A stretch of 64,000 nt of DNA from NCBI RefSeq assembly GCF_964355755.1, contig NC_092671.1:4650001-4714000 (forward strand), in the 5' to 3' direction. Shown one piece after another: positions 58,901-64,000 of the stretch (positions within the stretch are counted from its first letter, which is position 1; each line of letters begins with the position of its first letter). The position numbers were made by a program, and so were the translations under genes. The DNA is from Antedon mediterranea (lineage: Eukaryota; Animalia; Echinodermata). The notes beneath the pieces were generated by a model. The model did not search any database, had not been told where the DNA came from, and was given only the letters and a program-made list of their open reading frames with translations.

Positions 58901-61900
58901 TTTGCCAGTATAATATTGCTCAATGTTATTATCTGCTATGTCACCAGGGCCCATTAAAAGAAAATCGTGCCTATAAACAACAAAAATATATTGGTTTTAA
59001 ATGCCAATGAAAATATATTTCTTTGAACTTTTGGTATATTACTTGCTATCAGAGTTTTTGTGCTACATTTTACTTAATAATGACTCACCCATCTTCAAGA
59101 TCAAAACTGTAAAACTCAACTTGGATATAACCATCAGTATCTGGTATGGATATTACATATACACAGTCTTGATTGTCAGGATAGACTTTAGGATAGTTAG
59201 GAGAGGTGATTTTTCCGGTAGCCTCATTTCTTTCGGTGTCACCGCAAACACCAACTGAAACACAAATGAGATAATAATTTAAGTTAAGAATTAGAAGCTT
59301 TCTCTACCAATCTTTTCAAATAAGCAAACCTGAAACATTTACGCCCGTATTCTTAAACCGGACTTTAGTCGTAGTTCGAAGTTCGACTTGGAAAAGTCGT
59401 AGTTCGAGCTATTACTTCAAATTCGATTCAAAAACGAAGTAGTCGAAGTTTGCAGTTCGACTTAATGAAGTCGAGCTTTTAGTCGAGTTGCACACGTCTG
59501 GGTAACAAAGGCTATACATTGGCCAATGACAAGAGAGTATTTGAGGAGCAGACGAAATTTTGCGCATTGATTGATATCACTTTCCATTTCTTACAACACT
59601 TTTTACGCATCAGGACTATATACATGAAAAATAATTTTAATCGTTAATTATTAGAACAATATCAGTATTAATTTAACAGTGAAGTATATTTGATTAACAA
59701 TAAATAAAATCTTAAAAATATATTTAGAAACCATGGCGGTACGGTAACTTTTATATTTTCTAGGCCCCCAACAAACTATGATCGCCACGAACCACGCACT
59801 TCATAGCGTGAAAGGAAAGAGCTAGGCGCCCTAAACATTCCATCGCGTGGTGAATTGCCGCATCTCCCATTGTCGCTATGGCGTGACGTAGCTCAAGTCG
59901 GACTTGCGCGAAGAAAATAATGTAATTTGTATACAGTTGTAAATAAAGATGATTTTCATTATTATAATTTATACCAATGTATATTTAATTAAGCTAATAT
60001 AAATATAGATATTTCATTCTTCAATATCTGGCCAATATAACAACTCAATGACTGTAACGTTTTTTATAAACATCGTTTAAAAACCATTTAGTCGACCATT
60101 TAGTCTGCCCCCTCCAGGACTAAAAAAATCGATCAAAATCCGTCTCGATTTAGTCGAGGTTGGCCTGATTTAGTCGGTGATTTAGTTGAAGTTCGGTTTA
60201 TGAATTAAAATGACGTCATTTTTTTAGTTTTAGCTCGAACTACGACTAAAGTCCGGTTTAAGAATACGGGCGTTAATCTTTTTTTTTTCCTTAGACCACT
60301 TTAGTCAATCACATGATTACTCAATCGTTTAAATGTTTTATTACTTGCTATATAAATCCAAAGGCAAATTACTGAAAAAATGATAATGCTGTGGGTATCA
60401 GTGGCTGGATCTCAATGAAGATACAAAATAAAAGCGAAAAGCTAAATCAAAACGAGAAGTAAAACAGCCAGAAAAGTTAGCAGAGCTTTCGGGCAACACT
60501 AGCCCTTCATCAGTGCAAGTGAAGGAATATGGATAACGTCATAGTATAAAGCTGGCAAGTGCTGCCTGGGTGGACAGGAATAAAAGAATATAAGAGTAGA
60601 AAACAAAGAAGGTAGCTTGGTAGAGATATAAACAAAATTGGAATGAGACTAAAAAAGTTTAAATGGCGGTTAATATTGAAACTTAAATTTTGGTAGTCAA
60701 TGGAATAATTTTACCGATCTGGGAGTATGTTCCTATTGAAAGGATAAAGATGAGGAAATATCTGTGAGAATGAGAAAAAGTCGCCCCAACCGAGACTCGA
60801 ACTCGGACCGCCTGCTTGATATGCAGATGTCCTAACCATTAGACCACTGTGGCTTTCATGGTATTGTTCAAACTCGATTGGATAGCGACTCTTTAACATT
60901 CTCGGCGTGGTACGGCGGAACAGCACTAGTCCTCAGTTGTACGCACGCGCACCAGAGATCAAATTGATACACCCTCATCTATTCAGTATTTTTATTCACG
61001 AAGCGGAATCTCCGAAGAGATACTTTTATATATATAAACACAAGAGGCAAAGAACATTAATTCTAAACCGCCCGGTGATATACTGAAATTTAATTAATTA
61101 ATTTGAAACGATTATTATATTATTATTATATATATGCTCTGTGTAGCAGATAATCTTACAATTTACCATTTCTCTGGGATTTCTTGTGATTTTTTGGTTT
61201 GTGTATAATAAAATCAGAATAACAGAAGTTTAATGCAGCGATTTCATTAAATTGTCTATTTTATTAAAGATGTATTATCCCTTTGACTAATTCCAAAAAA
61301 AAAAAAGATTTCAACAAAAAGTGGATCATTTTGAAGCATCATAATAGTTATTAACTTTCACCAAAAATTAGTTGAAAAAAAAATAATTTAACTGAAATAC
61401 AGACATTTTTTTGGTTAAAAAAATAACTTTGACTTCCAGTCAAAGTTTTCGATCAAAACATATCTCATAATGCAACGCGCTTGTTTGGCTACTCTGTATG
61501 CATAATCATACTTCCTCGCGACCTGTGTGAAAACACCTTCTCAACCGTGACGAGTTGTAAACAATCTTAATTAGCATCATGCATACTTGTGGTTTGAAAT
61601 CTTTGTTTACTTTCACTCGCAACGATTTTGCCAGACGAAATGTAATCAAATTAATTTACCTGTTAATTACGTAAACTTGTTTTTGGCTTGAATTTTCGAC
61701 ATAAAGTAAATAACTTTAATATTACTTTGGTATGGCCAATTTAAATTTAGAATATTTTGACCTTCATTTTTTGGGTTTCAAGGGACAATACATCTTTAAA
61801 TTAACTAATGACTACATATTACAGTTTAGAAGTGGTATTTTTGAATACATAAATCAGCTGTGTTGATGATGGAGAAGGGCATCATTATAAACTAAAAATA

Positions 61901-64000
61901 TAAATAATAATATTCACCTGATGGTGTTGTAACAGTTTCTATGTCCGATAACAATGGCTCTTTACCATCTATTGTGTAAGTTGCAATCGTGAAAACATAC
62001 TGCGTGCTTGCTGTTAGACCTTTCACCAGCAACTCGTCAGTTTTTCCACCCGTAACGTTTATGTAGGTCTGACTAATAAGAGCAGAGTTGATGAATACTT
62101 TGTACCCGCTGACTTCGCAGCTCTGAGGTGAAGGAGTCCAGGTTAATCTGACATCATTGGGTGAAAGAGCTTCACCCCTAAGCTTTGATGGATTCACGTC
62201 GCTGCGAGCTGATAAAATTAGATAAGAATAGTTTTACACTGGCCGCTATCTTTGTTAATAGCTATGTGAACAGATGTTAAGTGTAAGTATAAAGTTTAAA
62301 ATAATTCTTTAAAATCTAAATGTGTCAAACTTCACCATGGAGCGAGTGAGCCTCAAACCCTTGCCGATGTTATGGATACGTAATTACAGTTCCACTGTCT
62401 TAACCGTTCGGACACTCACTCGCTTATACCACACTCATTCGATACATTGCCTACAGAGTTAATTTTAATAAAAACAATTTTTTTAAATAATACAGACAGA
62501 AAATAACTTACTGTTATTGATAATTTCACAAATGTAGAACAAGTTCATGTCACATTCCAAGTCGTTAAATCGTCCGTTATTTCGCATTTCTACACAGTCC
62601 TGGTTACCGATCTGGTCATTTGGTTGGTTCGTTTGCCAATTACTCTCACCCCATGATCCAATGGAAGAACAATCAACCCATGTCCAATCATTCTCAACAG
62701 ACTGGTCATGAAGACCTAAAACATTATCATATCAGTAATATTAGTACTACTGTAGCAGTAGGCTGTTGACCAAATGTTTTTTGAAAATGTTGTAGATGTT
62801 AGTAGCACAGCAATATCGATTATTATTATAAAATTTATTTCCATTAAGCTATGTCTACACTGTCAAACTAGTTTGACAAAAACAGTGTGATGTACTTAAA
62901 TATGGTAGTGATATGCCCAGTTCCAAATATGGTAGTGATATGACATCATCATGTCCATAAATGAGCACATCTTCACATAAACATTGATACTGTAGTTGAC
63001 AGAGCTTTTGGATGTGAGCACAACTCAAGTAATTTGGATGTTACTAGCCTTCAAATAATTTTAAGCAATTGTATGTCAGCATGAATTTCCTTTTAGACAA
63101 ATAAAATGAACTATGGATCAACCAAATTGTTGCTTGTGATTGATCAATTAATTTGCGTTGCGCCTACGTCGATGCGTTGCGTCAAAGTGGCAATCAAGCT
63201 TAAATCTGCAGGCCTTGTCTTTTAAGGCGAGCGAGTGCGATCACCCACCTAACACACTCCTAAAATGCCCTTGAGCAGTGCGATATACAACATGCTTAAA
63301 TTTAGTAAACTTCTACACACCAACATACAAACAGCACACCTACAGCACCCCGGAATGTATTGAGGAGTGCATTTCTGACTTACCGACCCACCAGTCGCCT
63401 TGTGTTCTCTCCATCACATTCTGCAGCTCAGCCTCTGTGTCAATGATAGCCAGATCACCACCTGATGTGGCTTGGCAGTCGGCTCTTGCATCGTGCCAAC
63501 TCACAGAATTGTTGACAAATTTATAGCATGCATAGTCTATGAGTTCCCATCCACTTGGGCAATGGCCTAAGTTCAAAACAAATAAAAAATTACAGTACTT
63601 ATATTTGAGAAAATGTTATGTTTTCTTAATGACTAAACATACTTTTACAATATAGTAGGTTAAAAAAGACCTTGGGGCCCTTTGTAAAAAAAAATGATTC
63701 TGCTCGAGACACTTGCTTAACTGTATTCAGTAGTAAAATCTTATACAAGCTTTTGTTGATGGTCTTTTTCATGTTTTACTGTATTTATTCTGTTTTTATC
63801 TATCTTTTTCTTTGGATGAATAAATGAAATACAGAGAGTGAAAGTAAGTCATATTATTTGCCAAAAATAAAAACTACAAGATAGGAAGACTATTTAAAGT
63901 ATATTTTTAATTTTTCTAAAGAGTAAAGATGAAAACTATGTTCGTGCAAGTGCCAACATTACCTGAAAATGAAGGTGTTTTAACAGTTGTAGACGTGTCA
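52993..64000 (-). CDS. 3' part of a type I membrane protein: FN3 - C-type lectin - FN3 - CUB - juxtamembrane domain - TM - cytoplasmic tail (5' end beyond the window)
   Basis: Exons >64000-63963, 63566-63384, 62715-62512, 62208-61918, 59254-59089, 58970-58798, 58246-58146, 57681-57572, 57258-56968, 55279-55221, 54636-54609 and 53212-52993, phases compatible; CPSGW..CYKF..WHDARADC..WVGLHD..QPN..FND; TM WAITLISFLAVCLAVMIFVVV; ends DAAL*. Confidence 0.88.
53384..53500. mobile_element. Fold-back of the Penelope-like terminus seen at 20.5 kb
   Basis: TGTTGAT..AAAGTTTGCGGTACACCA..AAAAGAACTGTTGAGTTTCTC followed by its inverse; ATAGTATATTCAT at 53342-53354 and 53499-53511. Confidence 0.75.
54348..54571. 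mobile_element. Tc1/mariner (Tigger-like) MITE
   Basis: TA|CAGTAG...CTACTG|TA with AGGTGTCCC subterminal repeats. Confidence 0.65.
54777..55120. mobile_element. TTAA-flanked MITE
   Basis: TTAA|AGATGTATTGTCCCC...GGGGACAATATATCT|TTAA. Confidence 0.8.
55497..56795. repeat. 51-bp-unit intronic minisatellite (~25 copies)
   Basis: GTACTGTATCACCTTTTTGACA(G/A)TAATAAGAGAGT(T/G)GACTGTATA(G/A)TTA(C/T)A; 17-aa periodic pseudo-ORFs on both strands. Confidence 0.95.
59342..60272. mobile_element. PIF/Harbinger non-autonomous element, 931 bp
   Basis: Perfect TIR CGCCCGTATTCTTAAACCGGACTTTAGTCGTAGTTCGA; TTA TSD at 59339-59341 and 60273-60275. Confidence 0.92.
60480..60516 (-). ncRNA. Minimal type I hammerhead ribozyme with intact core
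   Basis: GCA-CTGATGA-A-GGGC(TAGTGTT)GCCC-GAA-AGCT-C^TGC; palindromic AGCT in place of stem III. Confidence 0.75.
60782..60853 (-). tRNA. 72-nt tRNA-like cloverleaf, anticodon ATC (Asp-like); probably element-borne, not a decoding tRNA
   Basis: Acceptor GCCACAG/TTGGGGC (one mismatch), D arm GTCT/GGAC, anticodon stem TCTGC/GCAGG with loop ATATCAA, T arm CCGAG-TTCGAGT-CTCGG; T5 run immediately downstream. Confidence 0.6.
61268..61795. mobile_element. TTAA-flanked MITE
   Basis: TTAA|AGATGTATT.TCCCTT...AAGGGACAATACATCT|TTAA. Confidence 0.75.
62335..62422 (-). mobile_element. tRNA-derived head of the Deu-type SINE
   Basis: Matches 17820-17905. Confidence 0.75.
62847..63006. mobile_element. MITE, AGCTCTGTCTACACT family
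   Basis: Inverse homolog of 26442-26592. Confidence 0.65.

Larger units (their letters stand above)
60349..61051 (-). mobile_element. tRNA + hammerhead retroelement candidate (retrozyme-like or PLE-dependent)
   Basis: tRNA cloverleaf and hammerhead on the same strand; bounded by imperfect direct repeats TATATAAA..CAA.AGGCAAA. Confidence 0.55.

Overview
AT-rich animal genomic DNA with spliceosomal introns. Deu-domain SINEs and the MITE repertoire suggest an invertebrate deuterostome, plausibly an echinoderm (inference). The window has three gene neighbourhoods. (1) 1-34.3 kb, minus strand: a tandem cluster of intronless class A peptide-receptor-like GPCRs with three intact genes, one full-length gene broken only by a TGG>TGA change at Trp4.50, and about ten pseudogenes or relics. 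It is packed with nested elements: CR1, Rex/Babar, Penelope-like, a 4.75-kb Helitron, an Academ-like composite and many MITEs. (2) 35.4-52.2 kb, plus strand: three tandem single-CUB secreted-protein genes (one intact, one pseudogene, one chimera from unequal crossover) followed by their relative, a signal-CUB-CUB-CUB-LDLa-trypsin protease with a 1-bp frameshift. (3) 53-64 kb, minus strand: the 3' part of an FN3-CTL-FN3-CUB-TM receptor gene. The most unusual signals are a ~700-bp element combining a tRNA cloverleaf with a type I hammerhead ribozyme; a Penelope-like fold-back that starts exactly at a hammerhead cleavage site; three 22-26-bp CATGGA...TCCATG palindromes with 7-bp target duplications and empty paralogous sites (P-superfamily excision-footprint-like); and a 5'-truncated GPCR copy bracketed by 16-bp direct repeats. 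All calls were made by eye, so family assignments need database confirmation.
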